Assembly (NCBI GenBank): GCA_028534125.1
Contig: CM052816.1
Coordinates: forward strand, 10,914,001 to 10,978,000
Reading direction: 5' to 3'
Source of the DNA: Lama glama
Lineage: Eukaryota
DNA: 64,000 nt
Shown here: positions 63,531-64,000 of the stretch, one piece after another
Position numbering within the stretch: the stretch's first letter is position 1
Layout of the letters: each line of letters starts with the position of its first letter
Program-made: the position numbers and the translations under genes
Notes under the pieces: model-generated
What the model was told of the DNA's origin: nothing
What the model saw: only the letters and a program-made list of their open reading frames with translations
The model's database searches: none

Positions 63531-64000
63531 GTGTTCACTTCCCGTTGTTACGGTAACAGGTGACAGCACACTGAGTGAACCTGGTGGCCTAAAACACTGG
63601 GAAGTTAGCATCTTAAAGTTGTGGAGGTCAGAAGTCTAAAATGCGTCTCACTGGGTCTGCAGGGCTGGGTTCTTCTGTGGCAGCTCAGGGGCGGGGGCAG
63701 TCTGTTTATTACCTTCTCCAGATTCTGGAGGCAGCCCACCTTCCTTGGCTGCTGGCCCCTTTCCTCCGTCTTCAAAGCCAGCAATGGCCGTCGAATCCTT
63801 CTCACAGCGCGTCCCTCTGACCCTGACTCTCCTGCCTCCTTTCACTTGTAAGGACCCTTGTCATTACGCTGGGCTCAACCAGATAATCCAGCAGAATCTC
63901 CCCGTTTTAAGGCCAGGTAGTCAGCAAGCTCAGTTCTCCGCCACGTGACATATTCACAGGTTCTGGGGATTACAGTGTGGGCATCTTTGGGGGGTAGGGG
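63531..64000 (-). mobile_element. MLT1D-like MaLR LTR (runs to the window end)
   Basis: ggaggtcagaagtctaaaatg...cttcaaagccagcaa...taaggacccttgtcattac...tcacaggttctggggatta. Confidence 0.85.

Noticed and set aside
63175..63639. 154-aa ORF and overlapping ORFs
   Set aside because: GC-rich intron running into an MLT1D LTR, with no recognisable protein and no start or splice context.
1..64000. Other PPP2R2B exons, the SCA12-type CAG repeat, CRISPR arrays or prokaryote-type systems
   Set aside because: The flanking exon peptides (LWKVSERDKR... upstream, FEEPEDPSNRS... downstream) were not found and presumably lie outside the window. The SCA12 repeat is at the gene's 5' end. No repeat-spacer arrays or operon-like ORFs are visible; this is mammalian intron.

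Overview
This is mammalian (eukaryotic) genomic DNA, almost certainly camelid (camel/alpaca/llama), judging by five tRNA-Ala-derived vic-1-type SINEs and camelid-like L1 3' ends. The whole window lies inside PPP2R2B (PP2A regulatory subunit B55-beta) on the + strand. Only two coding exons are present: 29209-29386 (178 nt) and 42159-42323 (165 nt). They are joined by a 12,772-nt GT-AG minor-spliceosome (U12-type) intron with donor GTATCCTTT and branch site CTCCTTGAC. The rest is intron, densely filled with MIR, L2, CR1, L1, MaLR/ERVL LTRs and MER DNA transposons, plus several repeat-free islands that look regulatory. Nearly all entries in the ORF track are spurious or come from transposons. I found no convincing new biological system. 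The best leads are the U12 intron with a competing cryptic U2 donor that would give an NMD isoform, a CRE+CTCF/E-box module, candidate neural enhancers, a strong G-quadruplex, and some unusual retrotransposition structures (twin-primed L1, SINE-L1 composite). Repeat family names and boundaries come from recognising consensus motifs by eye and are approximate; target-site duplication (TSD) and splice coordinates were read directly.
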